NCBI GenBank assembly: GCA_964631075.1
Contig: CAZVYP010000002.1
Location: forward strand, 1 to 60,956
Direction of reading: 5' to 3'
From: an uncultured Methanocellales archaeon
GTDB lineage: Archaea > Halobacteriota > JAWCLZ01
DNA: 60,956 nucleotides
Shown here: piece after piece, positions 36,412 to 45,939 of the stretch
Layout of the letters: the number at the start of each line of letters is the position of its first letter
How positions within the stretch are numbered: the stretch's first letter is position 1
Position numbers and translations under genes: made by a program
The notes under the pieces: model-generated
Database searches by the model: none
The model's input: only the letters and a program-made list of their open reading frames with translations
What the model was told of the DNA's origin: nothing

Positions 36412-37056
36412 ATGGCAACCCAGCAAACAAAGTTCACGCGAAGAAGAGTCCTCGAATATTTGCTTTTTGAGGACATGACGACAATTCAGCTATCGAAACT
36501 ACTTGGCATCAGAGAATTTGCAATGCGCCGCCATCTCGAACTGATGGAGAAGGAAGGTCTCGTAACCTATAACTTTAAACAAATCGGAATGGGGCGACCC
36601 AAAAAAATGTATTCACTTACCGAAAAGGCACGGGATACATTTCCAAAGCGATATTCTCTACTCTCAAACCTGATGATTGAAAACATGATCAAGCAGAGCG
36701 GAAAAGAATACGCTAGAAATGTGCTTGTAGGAGTATCGGAAGAGATAGCAAAATACTACGTGTCACAAGCTAAAGACCTTGAAGGAAGATTAAAAGAATT
36801 CACAAGGTTCCTTACAGAATTCGGCTGCTTTGCCTCATATTCGAAAGAAAATGACATTTACTTACTCTTTAAGCGCAACTGCGTGTTTTCTGATGTAGCA
36901 AAGCAATATGAAGATATAATGTGCGAAGTGGACGCTCAGGCAACAATAAAAGCCCTTGGAAATGTTACGCTGATTCGGGAGATGTGCCTAGGCAAGGGCG
37001 ACAGAATGTGCAAATACGTGATCATACCTCTTGAAACGGAAGAAAAAGGGCAATGA
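36412..37056 (+). CDS. wHTH (ArsR/DeoR-like) regulator with Cys-rich C-terminal sensor-like domain
   Basis: 214 aa. The N-terminus RRVLEYLLFEDMTTIQLSKLLGIREFAMRRHLELMEKEGLV...GRPKKMY is a winged helix. The C-terminus CFASY...CVF...CEVD...CLGKGDRMCKY resembles V4R/methanogen-output-type domains. It is divergent from the TFB-like gene. Confidence 0.65.
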   Translation: MATQQTKFTRRRVLEYLLFEDMTTIQLSKLLGIREFAMRRHLELMEKEGLVTYNFKQIGMGRPKKMYSLTEKARDTFPKRYSLLSNLMIENMIKQSGKEYARNVLVGVSEEIAKYYVSQAKDLEGRLKEFTRFLTEFGCFASYSKENDIYLLFKRNCVFSDVAKQYEDIMCEVDAQATIKALGNVTLIREMCLGKGDRMCKYVIIPLETEEKGQ

Positions 37057-37126
37057 TCCTCATCTCAGCAAAAGATTTTTATCATTAAGAAGAGTATCAT
37101 TGGGATCTATCATCGGAGGAATTTTA

Positions 37127-37576
37127 TTGGCAAAAATGCATACAAGGCGAAAGGGATCATCAAAATCTTCGCATGTCAACCGCAAAACACCCCCTGAGTG
37201 GAGCGAGACCTCGCCGCAAGATATTGAAAAAATCGTTGTAAAATTGCGAAATCAAGGACTATCCTCTAGCGTAATTGGCGTTATGATGCGCGACAAATAC
37301 GGCGTGCCTGATGTGGAAGTTGCAACCGGCAAGAAAATAGTGCAAATTTTGAAAGAAAACAAACTAGCATCCGAGCTACCTGAAGAACTTCAAAATCTTA
37401 TCAATAAGGCAGTCAGGCTCAAAGAGCATCTATCCGGCTCCCCCAAGGACTTGCATAACAAAAGATCCCTGCATAACACTGAATCGAAAATAAGAAGACT
37501 TGTCAGCTACTATCGCAGGGAAGGAGTTTTGCCAGCAAGCTGGGAATACCAACAGGAGACCGCGACAAGAAAGTAA
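37127..37576 (+). CDS. rps15: 30S ribosomal protein uS15 (S15P/S13e)
   Basis: Track ORF 37031..37576 is overextended. The in-frame TTG at 37127 gives MAKMHTRRKGSS..., the canonical archaeal S15 N-terminus (an ATG at 37136 is the alternative). The C-terminus HNKRSLHNTESKIRRLVSYYRREGVLP also fits. Confidence 0.9.
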   Translation: MAKMHTRRKGSSKSSHVNRKTPPEWSETSPQDIEKIVVKLRNQGLSSSVIGVMMRDKYGVPDVEVATGKKIVQILKENKLASELPEELQNLINKAVRLKEHLSGSPKDLHNKRSLHNTESKIRRLVSYYRREGVLPASWEYQQETATRK

Positions 37577-37592
37577 CCGTCTCGAGGGCCTA

Positions 37593-38894
37593 ATGCTTGA
37601 AAAGCTAGATGCGCTTGCAAAAACGGCCGCGGATAGAATCAGAACACTTGATTTTGTTAGAGTACTCTCACATCACGATGCCGACGGCATCGCAGCAGCA
37701 GGGGTGATCTGCAACACCCTGCTCCGCCAGAAAATTCCATTCCAGGCAACCCTTTTAAGCAGTCTCGATGAAGAATCAATTAAAGATATAAAAGAAAATG
37801 TCATAATATGCGATATGGGAAGCAGTCAGATAGAAGTTCTTCGAAATTTAAAAAACGTTATAATAATCGACCACCATAAGCCGATTGATAATAATGCGAA
37901 GTTCCTCCAAGTAAATCCACACCTCGCCGGCATTGATGGTGCATTTGAACTCACCGCAAGTGGCACAGCATACGCCGTGGCCAAGCAAATTGATCCTTCA
38001 AACGTAGATCTCGCAGGGCTGGCTATTTGCGGTACAGTTGGTGATAAACAGCAGATGATAGGTGCCAACAGGGATATTCTCGACGAAGCACTTGCACGGG
38101 GGGTGGTTTCTATATCAAAAGACCTTCTCAATAGCGACGGTACTTTGAAGGAGATTCTGGAGTATAATTCCGAGCCCTACTTCGAAATCACAGGGGATGA
38201 GAAAAAAATCGAAGAATTTCTAAAGCAGCTCAAGCTCGAAGGAAACAGAAGTTACAGGGAGCTGAATGAAGAGGAAAAAAGACGGTTTATAAGCGCAATG
38301 ATGCTGAAGCTGATGAAGCAAAGCTCTCCGGAAAGCATTGAAGAACTGATCGGTGAAATTTACTTTTTGAATAGCGAAGTGTACTCGCACTCACTTGGAT
38401 TTGCGAACATCCTGAATGCTTGTGGAAAGCTTGGGAAAGCTGGACTGGCGCTTTCGCTCTGTCTCAGAGACAGCACACAGCTCAATGAAGCCAGGAAGCT
38501 CCATAGGGAATATCAAAAAAAAGTAATAGCGGAGGTGAGAGCTGTTGAGGGTAAAATTAAGAAATGCACAGCAATTCAATATGTTAAAATAAGCGATCCC
38601 GACGTTACAAGCGCGGTCTCAGGAAGCATAATGCGGTATGTCACACACGGTGTACCTCTTCTCGTGCTGAGTCAGGATGAGAAAAAGATCAAGGTCTCTG
38701 CACGCGGCAGTAAAAGACTTGTTGAAATGGGGCTTAATTTAGCAGATGCACTTAGAGAGGGTGCGAAAAAAGCTGGAGGAGTGGGCGGCGGTCACAGTGT
38801 CGCCTCAGGTGCCTCGTTACCTTTCGGAACGGAAAATATATTTATCCAGACAGTTGACGAAATTGTTGCAAAGCAGTTAAAGAAGGGATCCTGA
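37593..38894 (+). CDS. RecJ/GAN-like DHH-family phosphoesterase (paralog 1)
   Basis: Track ORF starts at 37500. The ATG at 37593 lies after the rps15 stop. DHH motifs: LSHHDADGIAAAG, FTD-equivalent ICDMGS, IIDHH, GDKQ. The C-terminal DHHA1-like region is GGGHSVASGA. Confidence 0.85.
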   Translation: MLEKLDALAKTAADRIRTLDFVRVLSHHDADGIAAAGVICNTLLRQKIPFQATLLSSLDEESIKDIKENVIICDMGSSQIEVLRNLKNVIIIDHHKPIDNNAKFLQVNPHLAGIDGAFELTASGTAYAVAKQIDPSNVDLAGLAICGTVGDKQQMIGANRDILDEALARGVVSISKDLLNSDGTLKEILEYNSEPYFEITGDEKKIEEFLKQLKLEGNRSYRELNEEEKRRFISAMMLKLMKQSSPESIEELIGEIYFLNSEVYSHSLGFANILNACGKLGKAGLALSLCLRDSTQLNEARKLHREYQKKVIAEVRAVEGKIKKCTAIQYVKISDPDVTSAVSGSIMRYVTHGVPLLVLSQDEKKIKVSARGSKRLVEMGLNLADALREGAKKAGGVGGGHSVASGASLPFGTENIFIQTVDEIVAKQLKKGS

Positions 38895-38908
38895 TTTTAA
38901 AATGTAAA

Positions 38909-39121
38909 TTGAGTATTCCAAATAAATCGGAAATAATCGCAAAATCCGTTGAGCCGGACAACCTGCCAAATATGCATTTAGAGATAAGCAAAGATTTTAT
39001 TACCACTGAGATAGAAGTTGAAGAGATAGGCACCCTGATCTCAACGGTAGACGATTATCTCATGAATTTGAAAATTGCCGAAAGCACAGTGGGAGAAATA
39101 TGCAAGAGCAAATTGAAATGA
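38909..39121 (+). CDS. pcc1: KEOPS subunit Pcc1-like protein
   Basis: 70 aa. [12 protein letters not shown]...[28 protein letters not shown] fits the Pcc1/CTAG pattern. The stop overlaps the serS ATG (ATGA). Confidence 0.55.
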   Translation: MSIPNKSEIIAKSVEPDNLPNMHLEISKDFITTEIEVEEIGTLISTVDDYLMNLKIAESTVGEICKSKLK

Positions 39122-40626
39122 AATTTTATCTGAAAGGCTATTATAAACTGAGTGGAAGTGCAGCGCTGGCAAAGCCTGAAATAGCAGCGCTCATGAGCGA
39201 TGCAAATGAGAATCTGCTGCAGAAAGGCGCTCCAAAGGGAAAAGGGGCAAAGGTTACAAACTGGAGCCTCGTTGAAAGCAAACTCGAAGTTGAAATCATT
39301 TCAGACAGATATGCAAGGGTGCACGATGCGATGCTCAGGCTGAGAAAGCCGCTCGCAACGCTGCTCGGAAAGCATCGCACAGGTATAAGAGGAATTGAAA
39401 TTGAAACCTTCACGATCGAAGTAAAATCCAAGCAGCCGCTGAAGAAGCTCACGATACCTTTCGTCAAATCAATGGAATATCGCGATGGAAAAATTTTGCT
39501 ATCTCTAAGCGTTGAAGAATCAGACATCGAGAACCGCGTGCCTGATCGAATAATCTCACTGCTCGATGAAAAAATCGCTGCCCAGCAATACGGCGGAAAG
39601 GGAGAGCACTGGGAGCTAATCTGGGACAGCGGGAAAAAGCAGCATTATTTCGACAGAGATCCCACTGAGGAAATGGTAAAAAGAGCGTGGATCAAGCGCG
39701 GTGCAAGCAGAGGACAGTGGATCTACGGACCTCAGATAACTAAGATATTCCGGACATTTGAAGAAATTGTTGAGAAAGAAATACTCAAGCCCCTTGGATA
39801 CCACGAGATGATATTCCCGAAGATGGTGACATGGGAGGTCTGGAAGCGAAGCGGACACCTTAAAGGATTGTATCAGGGTGGCTTCGAGCCGTACATGGTA
39901 TGCCCCCCGAAAACTCGCGACCCGGAGTTCTGGGAGGAAATTGTCGACTACTATAAAGTAACAAATGAGCTGCCGCTTGAAAAAGTGAAGGAAAAGCTCG
40001 ACCTCCCTCTGGGTGGAATGTGCTTCGCGCAGTGTCCGCCTTTCTGGGTGTTCCTGCAGGGGACAACTCTGCCCGACAGGATCTTCCCAGTAAAAGTCTT
40101 CGACCGCTCAGGTACCTCGCATCGCTATGAAAGCGGAGGCATACACGGCATAGAGCGCCTTGACGAGTTCCACAGGATAGAGCTCGTGTGGATCGGTAAG
40201 TCTGAGCAGGTGGTGGCACATTCAAAAGAGCTTCAGGAGCGCTACAAATACATATTTAACGACATACTTGACCTGGAGTGGCGCACTGCCTGGGTTACTC
40301 CCTGGTTCATGGCACAGGAGGGCAAGACGGGTGTGGCTGAGAAAAGAGATGTTGGCACAATAGATTACGAAGCGTTTCTACCATACAGAGGCGAGGGAGG
40401 CACTCGACTTGAGTTCCAGAACCTCAGTGTAAACGGCGAAAAATATCCAAAGGGATTCAACGTTAAGCTGCAGAGCGGTGGCGAACTCTGGAGCGGATGC
40501 TCGGGCATAGGTCTGGAGCGCTGGGCAGCAACTTTCCTTGCGCAGAAGGGCTTCGATACCAAAAACTGGCCGGAGAAATTCCGGAAGCTTACAGGAGAAC
40601 TCCCGGAAGTATTCAAGTTTCTGTAA
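39118..40626 (+). CDS. serS: seryl-tRNA synthetase, methanogen-type (type 2)
   Basis: ~502 aa from the ATG at 39118 ([13 protein letters not shown]). The class II motifs carry the Zn-site residues expected for the methanogen type ([46 protein letters not shown]). The length and N-domain are unlike bacterial-type SerRS. Confidence 0.85.
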   Translation: MKFYLKGYYKLSGSAALAKPEIAALMSDANENLLQKGAPKGKGAKVTNWSLVESKLEVEIISDRYARVHDAMLRLRKPLATLLGKHRTGIRGIEIETFTIEVKSKQPLKKLTIPFVKSMEYRDGKILLSLSVEESDIENRVPDRIISLLDEKIAAQQYGGKGEHWELIWDSGKKQHYFDRDPTEEMVKRAWIKRGASRGQWIYGPQITKIFRTFEEIVEKEILKPLGYHEMIFPKMVTWEVWKRSGHLKGLYQGGFEPYMVCPPKTRDPEFWEEIVDYYKVTNELPLEKVKEKLDLPLGGMCFAQCPPFWVFLQGTTLPDRIFPVKVFDRSGTSHRYESGGIHGIERLDEFHRIELVWIGKSEQVVAHSKELQERYKYIFNDILDLEWRTAWVTPWFMAQEGKTGVAEKRDVGTIDYEAFLPYRGEGGTRLEFQNLSVNGEKYPKGFNVKLQSGGELWSGCSGIGLERWAATFLAQKGFDTKNWPEKFRKLTGELPEVFKFL

Positions 40627-40721
40627 CCACAATTCTACATCCCGAAACAGAGCCCGTTTCAATAAGAAATTATATATAGCAAGAAGTTATATCTCCATAG
40701 ACTTGTCGTGGAGGAAATCAA

Positions 40722-41345
40722 TTGGCCAAGCGCATAGCAAAAAAAGTCGAAGGCTGGAAAGCCAAGCAGTGGTATAACGTACTTGCACCGGAGTCCTTTG
40801 GTAGAGCAATCATCGGAACAACGCCAGCCGATGAACCAGTAAAACTTATTGGAAGAGTAATTGAAACAACCCTTGGCGAGCTGATAAATGACTGGTCAAA
40901 GCAAAACATAAAAATGATGTTCAGAATAGAAAACGTGGCAGGTGAGAACTGCAACACTTCCTTTATCGGACACGAGATGACCCGCGATTACATGCGCTCA
41001 TTGATCAAGCGAAGAACCTCCAGAATAGACTCAAATGTTGTAGCTGTTACACAGGACGGCAGAAAAATAAGAGTCAAGCCCGCGTGCTTCACTGTGAAAA
41101 GAGCTCACAGTCCTCAGGTTGAGGCAATCCGCAGGACCATGGAGAAGATCGTGCAGGAAAGATCAAAGTCCTTTACAATGGAACAATTTATACAGGAAAT
41201 GGTTCTCGGAAAGATTGCCTCGGATATATACAAGGAAGTCAAAACGATATATCCATTGAGACGGGTGGAAATCACCAAGTCAGAGATAGAGACAGATGTA
41301 AAAGCAGAACTTACCGCTGAAGCAGCCGCAGCCAGATCGAGTTAA
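40722..41345 (+). CDS. rps3ae: 30S ribosomal protein eS1 (S3Ae)
   Basis: 207 aa. MAKRIAKKVEGWKAKQWYNVLAPESFG is the canonical S3Ae N-terminus. Confidence 0.93.
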   Translation: MAKRIAKKVEGWKAKQWYNVLAPESFGRAIIGTTPADEPVKLIGRVIETTLGELINDWSKQNIKMMFRIENVAGENCNTSFIGHEMTRDYMRSLIKRRTSRIDSNVVAVTQDGRKIRVKPACFTVKRAHSPQVEAIRRTMEKIVQERSKSFTMEQFIQEMVLGKIASDIYKEVKTIYPLRRVEITKSEIETDVKAELTAEAAAARSS

Positions 41346-41410
41346 AACAAAATTTCATTTTCACCCTGCTTACCAAAACATTTTCATATCTCCCCGCTGA
41401 ATAGCCCTTA

Positions 41411-42805
41411 ATGCAGCAGCTATTAAACGTAGCCGGGAATTGCGCTTCCGAGATCAAAAAATGCAGGAGTGCACTTGTTGTTTCTCATATAGATGCCGAT
41501 GGTCTTGCGAGTGCAGCCATAGTTTGCCGGGCACTTGAAAGAGCCGGGGTCAATTTTTCTTACAGAATTTTGAAGAAGCTTGACGATAAAGCCCTGGATG
41601 AAATTGCCGATCAAAATGCGGAGCTGGTCGTATTCACGGATCTCGGCAGCGGTGCTCAGAGTAAAATAGCCGAGCATAAGCTAAACGCGATTGTGATCGA
41701 CCACCATCAGCCGAAAGGCAGTGGAGTTAAGCCCGAATTTCATTTGAATCCGCATCTTTTTGGTCTCAGCGGCTCGACAGAACTGAGTGGCGCAGGTGCA
41801 AGCTACCTGGTTGCGAGAACTATGGGAAATAACAACGATCTTATTCCCCTTGCAATAGTCGGCGCAGTAGGAGACCTCCAGGACAGAAGGGACAATATGC
41901 TTGCCGGTGTAAACCGCTGGATTCTTGAGGAGGGTAAGAAGCTTGGCCTTGTTGCTTTTGAAAGAGATCTGAAGCTATTCGGACGGCAAACAAGACCGCT
42001 CCACAAGCTGCTGGAATACTGCTCGGATCCCTTTATCCCGGATCTAACCGGAAACGAAGACGCATGCCTCGCATTTTTAATGAACAACGGCATAAACCTG
42101 AAGCACGAAGACTGGAGGCGCTGGATCGATTTATCACGGGAGGAGAAACAAATCGTTGTCTCAAAGCTGTCTCAGCTATGCCTCGAACGGGGGATACCTC
42201 CCAGGAGTGTGCAGCGACTGGTGGGCGAGGTATACACTTTCCTGAAAGAACCACCCGGCACAGAGGTAAGAGATGCATCCGAGTTTGCCACGCTGCTCAA
42301 CGCAACCGCACGGTACGACTTCGCCGAAGTCGGAATCGCAGTCTGCCTGGGCGATAGAGGCCTTGCCTTCGCAAGTGCAAGAAACCTGCTCCACCAGCAC
42401 CGCAGGAACCTCGTTGAGGGACTGAGATTTGTGAAAGAAAAAGGCATTGTTGCTCTTGAAAATCTCCAGTACTTCCACGCAGGCAGCAACATACGTGAGA
42501 CAATCGTCGGAATAATCGCAGGTATGAGCACAGGCTCAAACTCCACAGGTATAAACAGAGATCTGCCCATAGTCGCATTTGCACATACCGAAGACGGAGT
42601 GAAGGTCTCAGCGCGCGGCAACCAGGAACTGGTTCGAAGAGGGTTAAACCTAGCCAGTGCTCTAAGCGAGTCAGCCACCTGCGTGGGTGGCACCGGAGGA
42701 GGGCACGATATCGCCGCAGGGGCGACGATTCCCGCCAGCAGCGAGGAGGAGTTTTTGAGGATACTTGACATGAAGATAGGGGAGCAAATCAGGAGGAAAG
42801 AATAG
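41411..42805 (+). CDS. RecJ/GAN-like DHH-family phosphoesterase (paralog 2)
   Basis: 464 aa with VVSHIDADGLASAAI, VFTDLGS, VIDHHQP, GDLQ and GGGHDIAAGA. Its length and layout match paralog 1. Confidence 0.85.
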   Translation: MQQLLNVAGNCASEIKKCRSALVVSHIDADGLASAAIVCRALERAGVNFSYRILKKLDDKALDEIADQNAELVVFTDLGSGAQSKIAEHKLNAIVIDHHQPKGSGVKPEFHLNPHLFGLSGSTELSGAGASYLVARTMGNNNDLIPLAIVGAVGDLQDRRDNMLAGVNRWILEEGKKLGLVAFERDLKLFGRQTRPLHKLLEYCSDPFIPDLTGNEDACLAFLMNNGINLKHEDWRRWIDLSREEKQIVVSKLSQLCLERGIPPRSVQRLVGEVYTFLKEPPGTEVRDASEFATLLNATARYDFAEVGIAVCLGDRGLAFASARNLLHQHRRNLVEGLRFVKEKGIVALENLQYFHAGSNIRETIVGIIAGMSTGSNSTGINRDLPIVAFAHTEDGVKVSARGNQELVRRGLNLASALSESATCVGGTGGGHDIAAGATIPASSEEEFLRILDMKIGEQIRRKE

Positions 42806-42866
42806 ATTCATTCTGTGAATCCGAAAATCATTGAACGCGTGAATCTTCATTCACTTATTTTTGTGT

Positions 42867-43346
42867 TCACTGAGTGGTCTGTGAAATGCTTGCTTCAACG
42901 CCTGTTATCCTTTCTGCTTCAACGAGTTTGTACTCCCACTGGGTGCGGTTGCCCTTTCGCTCCAGCAAGCCCTCTCTGTGCATCCTTGCGAGGTACTCCG
43001 AAATGGTGCTCAGCCCGATTTTTGTCTCAAAGATTTCTTCGAAGCTCTGCTTTACGTCGAGCGATTTGAACCATACCCGGGGGTATTCGTATTTTATGAA
43101 GCCCCGCAGGCGGTCTTTTGTGGTGAGGGTTTCTTTTGAAAGCGCTTTTATCTCTGGAGTTACAACGCGTTTTTGAGAAAGAACGGGTTTTGAGAGCTGT
43201 TTCGATGAAGACCCTGTTTCCGCTGCCTCGAGTGCGTCGATTATCCTCCGAGCGATTTCACTGCTGGAGGTTACTACTTTTGTCCTGGCACCGGTTTCGT
43301 CTTCGAACTGTATCTGGATCTTCATCGTGGCTCTCTCCATGCACAA
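42867..43346 (-). CDS. hypothetical protein with C-terminal winged-helix
   Basis: 159 aa (TTG start in the track; ATG alternatives at 43340 and 43325). The C-terminus LSTISEYLARMHREGLLERKGNRTQWEYKL is wHTH-like. Confidence 0.5.
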   Translation of the reverse strand: MCMERATMKIQIQFEDETGARTKVVTSSSEIARRIIDALEAAETGSSSKQLSKPVLSQKRVVTPEIKALSKETLTTKDRLRGFIKYEYPRVWFKSLDVKQSFEEIFETKIGLSTISEYLARMHREGLLERKGNRTQWEYKLVEAERITGVEASISQTTQ

Positions 43347-43672
43347 TCATCATCCATCCCCTGATGATGCCGCGCATTCCCTCGCTGTTAACTGCACTAT
43401 CCATCCCCTGATAGTGTCCGTTTTTTGGTGAATGACAAGAATATATTATACCGTTTTTCTATTTAAATCTTTCTAAAATAAGCTTAATTTTGGAATATTT
43501 TTGATAAATATGACACATTCACTAGTATACGCCCTAAATATTTATTATTATTGGGTATATTGCCATCCAAGTGAACCATTTGTGAATGTATTCTAGAATG
43601 TTATTCTAAGGCGATTGATGATTGTATTAATGATTGTATTAATATATCCAAGGGTATAATCAGAGAAGCAGG

Positions 43673-45394
43673 ATGTGGCCGGATAGAATAGCGCGTGTTG
43701 ACCTGAGCAGGGAAAAAATCGAGGTGGAGCGAACAGATGCGGTCAGGAAATTTTTAGGTGGCCGGGGACTCGGAGTCAAGCTACTGTTCGATTCGATGGA
43801 AAGAGGCATTGATCCCTTCTCGCCTGATAACCTGCTCATCTTTGCGATTGGTCCACTCACAGGTATAGCGCCCATGTCAGGCAGGCATGTTGCTGTCTCA
43901 AAATCCCCTCTCACCGGCACGATTTTTGACTCCAGCGCAGGCGGCTTCTTCGGAGTGGGGCTCAGGCGCTGCAACTATGCCGCAATCGCGCTGCATGGCG
44001 CTGCCGATTCACCGGTATACCTTGTGATTCACGATAAAGAGATAGAGATAAAAAACGCAGATGAACTCTGGGGGCTTAATGTTAAGGAGACAACCCGTAT
44101 TTTATCCAGGCAGGGTAGAGTTGCCTGCATCGGAAAGGCTGGAGAGGGTCTGACCAAGCTTGCGAATATAATGAGCGACGGCACTCATGCCTGCGGGAGA
44201 GGAGGTTTAGGCGCTGTTATGGGCTCGAAAAAGCTCAAGGCAATAGTTGTGAATGGCTCCACAAAGATTGCCGCTGTGAATGAAGCAGAGTATCATAAAG
44301 CTGAAGAAGAAGCAATGCGCCTGATAAACGCGAGTCAGGCTCTGTCAAAAGGACTTGCGGAGTACGGTACGCCTGCACTTGTAAATCTGATGAACCACAT
44401 GCGAGTTTTACCGGCCAATAATTTCAGAGAAAGGAAGTTCGCACACGCTGAGAAAATATCGGCCGAGCATATCAGGGATAAATTTGAGCTTGAGAGAAAA
44501 ACATGCGCGCGCTGTCCGGTTGCGTGTAAAAGAGTCATAAAGCAATCGAAGCTCGAAGTTCCGGAGTATGAAACCATCTGGGCATTCGGTGCCGATTGTG
44601 GCAATAGCGATATTAGCGAGATCATAAAGGTGAATGCACTTTGCAATGACTATGGCATTGACACAATTTCAAGTGGAGCAACGATCGCAAGCTATGCGGA
44701 AATCACAGATTGCAATGTAAATAATATCTCTGAACTCGTGCAAGAAATGATAGCAAAAACTGGAGCAGGTAAGGAACTCGGTGATGGATCCCTTGCATAC
44801 TGCAGGGGGAGAGAAAAACCTGAGGCAAGCATGACTGTGAAAGCACTGGAAATTCCTGCGTATGATCCAAGGGGACTTCGCGGTCAGGCACTAGCATATG
44901 CCACTTCCAATCGAGGAGGGTGCCATCTTCGAGCATATATGGTCGCGATGGAAATCCTCGGGAAGCCAAAGCTGATCGATCGCTTTACATTTACAGGCAA
45001 GCCAGCACTCGTTGCGCTATTGCAGAATTTATCAGCCGCGGTTGATTCCCTGGTGCTCTGCAGATTTTCAATGCTCGCACTCAGCGAGGAGGAATACTCC
45101 GATCTGTTAAGCCCCGCTGCAGGCGAGAGAGTCAGCCCTCAGGATTTCCTAGTAGCGGGTGAGAGGATATGGAATCTTGAGCGTCTTTTCAACATTAGAG
45201 AGGGATTCACTGCAGAGGATGATGCTCTGCCGGAAAGATTTTTCTCCATAGATGGCTTAAGCAGAAATGAATTTGAATCTGCACTGTTAGAATACTATCA
45301 AATCAGAGGCTGGAGCAGAGAAGGAGCGCCGCTAACTGCGAAGCTTAAAGAACTTGGACTTGAAAGCGAGGGAAGAAAATGTGGCGTGAAATAG
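43673..45394 (+). CDS. aor: aldehyde:ferredoxin oxidoreductase family (tungstopterin) enzyme
   Basis: 573 aa. It has the AOR N-terminal domain (RIARVDLS...FLGGRGLG), a Cys cluster (CARCPVACK) and the conserved ATSNRGGCHLRAY. Confidence 0.9.
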   Translation: MWPDRIARVDLSREKIEVERTDAVRKFLGGRGLGVKLLFDSMERGIDPFSPDNLLIFAIGPLTGIAPMSGRHVAVSKSPLTGTIFDSSAGGFFGVGLRRCNYAAIALHGAADSPVYLVIHDKEIEIKNADELWGLNVKETTRILSRQGRVACIGKAGEGLTKLANIMSDGTHACGRGGLGAVMGSKKLKAIVVNGSTKIAAVNEAEYHKAEEEAMRLINASQALSKGLAEYGTPALVNLMNHMRVLPANNFRERKFAHAEKISAEHIRDKFELERKTCARCPVACKRVIKQSKLEVPEYETIWAFGADCGNSDISEIIKVNALCNDYGIDTISSGATIASYAEITDCNVNNISELVQEMIAKTGAGKELGDGSLAYCRGREKPEASMTVKALEIPAYDPRGLRGQALAYATSNRGGCHLRAYMVAMEILGKPKLIDRFTFTGKPALVALLQNLSAAVDSLVLCRFSMLALSEEEYSDLLSPAAGERVSPQDFLVAGERIWNLERLFNIREGFTAEDDALPERFFSIDGLSRNEFESALLEYYQIRGWSREGAPLTAKLKELGLESEGRKCGVK

Positions 45395-45936
45395 CAAAAT
45401 ACGGGAAAACAATGGTGGAACGCAATCTCGTGGGCGGTCACTTTGGAAATATCAGCGTTCGAGCCGGAAACAAAATATTGATAACCAGAACAGGTGCCAG
45501 GCTCGATGAACTCGATGAGAACTCAATAGTGAAAGTGGAGATCGAAAAGTCCACGAGCTTTGACCTGATTGCCTCTACGGAAACAGTTGTTCATCGCGAG
45601 GTATATAAGCAGACCTCTGCGCTTGCCATCATACATGCCCACTCACCGTTTGCAGTCGTGGAGTCGCTGCTTTTGAAGAAAAAATATTTAGTGCCTGTGG
45701 ACACCGAGGGGCAGTACTTCCTCCACAAAATTCCAATTATCAAGGGAGCCATGGGCTCAAAAGAGCTGGCGAAAAACGTTGCGGGCGCGCTGAGAGAGCA
45801 TAAAGGGGTAATAGTTAGAGGACACGGCACCTTCGCAGCGGGCAAACTACTGGAAGAAGCCTTCGTCCACACCTCGATGATCGAGCACAGCTCCATGCTG
45901 AAGTACTACTGCGATCTTGCCGGGAGAAGAAAGTAG
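45379..45936 (+). CDS. class II aldolase/adducin-family protein
   Basis: 185 aa with GGHFGNISVR, ITRTGA, ETVVHREVY and IIHAHSP (metal His ligands). It overlaps the aor end by 16 nt. Confidence 0.8.
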   Translation: MWREIAKYGKTMVERNLVGGHFGNISVRAGNKILITRTGARLDELDENSIVKVEIEKSTSFDLIASTETVVHREVYKQTSALAIIHAHSPFAVVESLLLKKKYLVPVDTEGQYFLHKIPIIKGAMGSKELAKNVAGALREHKGVIVRGHGTFAAGKLLEEAFVHTSMIEHSSMLKYYCDLAGRRK

Positions 45937-45939
45937 AGA

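Noticed and set aside
42172-42771. 199-aa minus-strand ORF (plus 42176..42478 and 42297..42584)
   Set aside because: These are antisense to the second RecJ-like DHH gene, which has all DHH/DHHA1 motifs.
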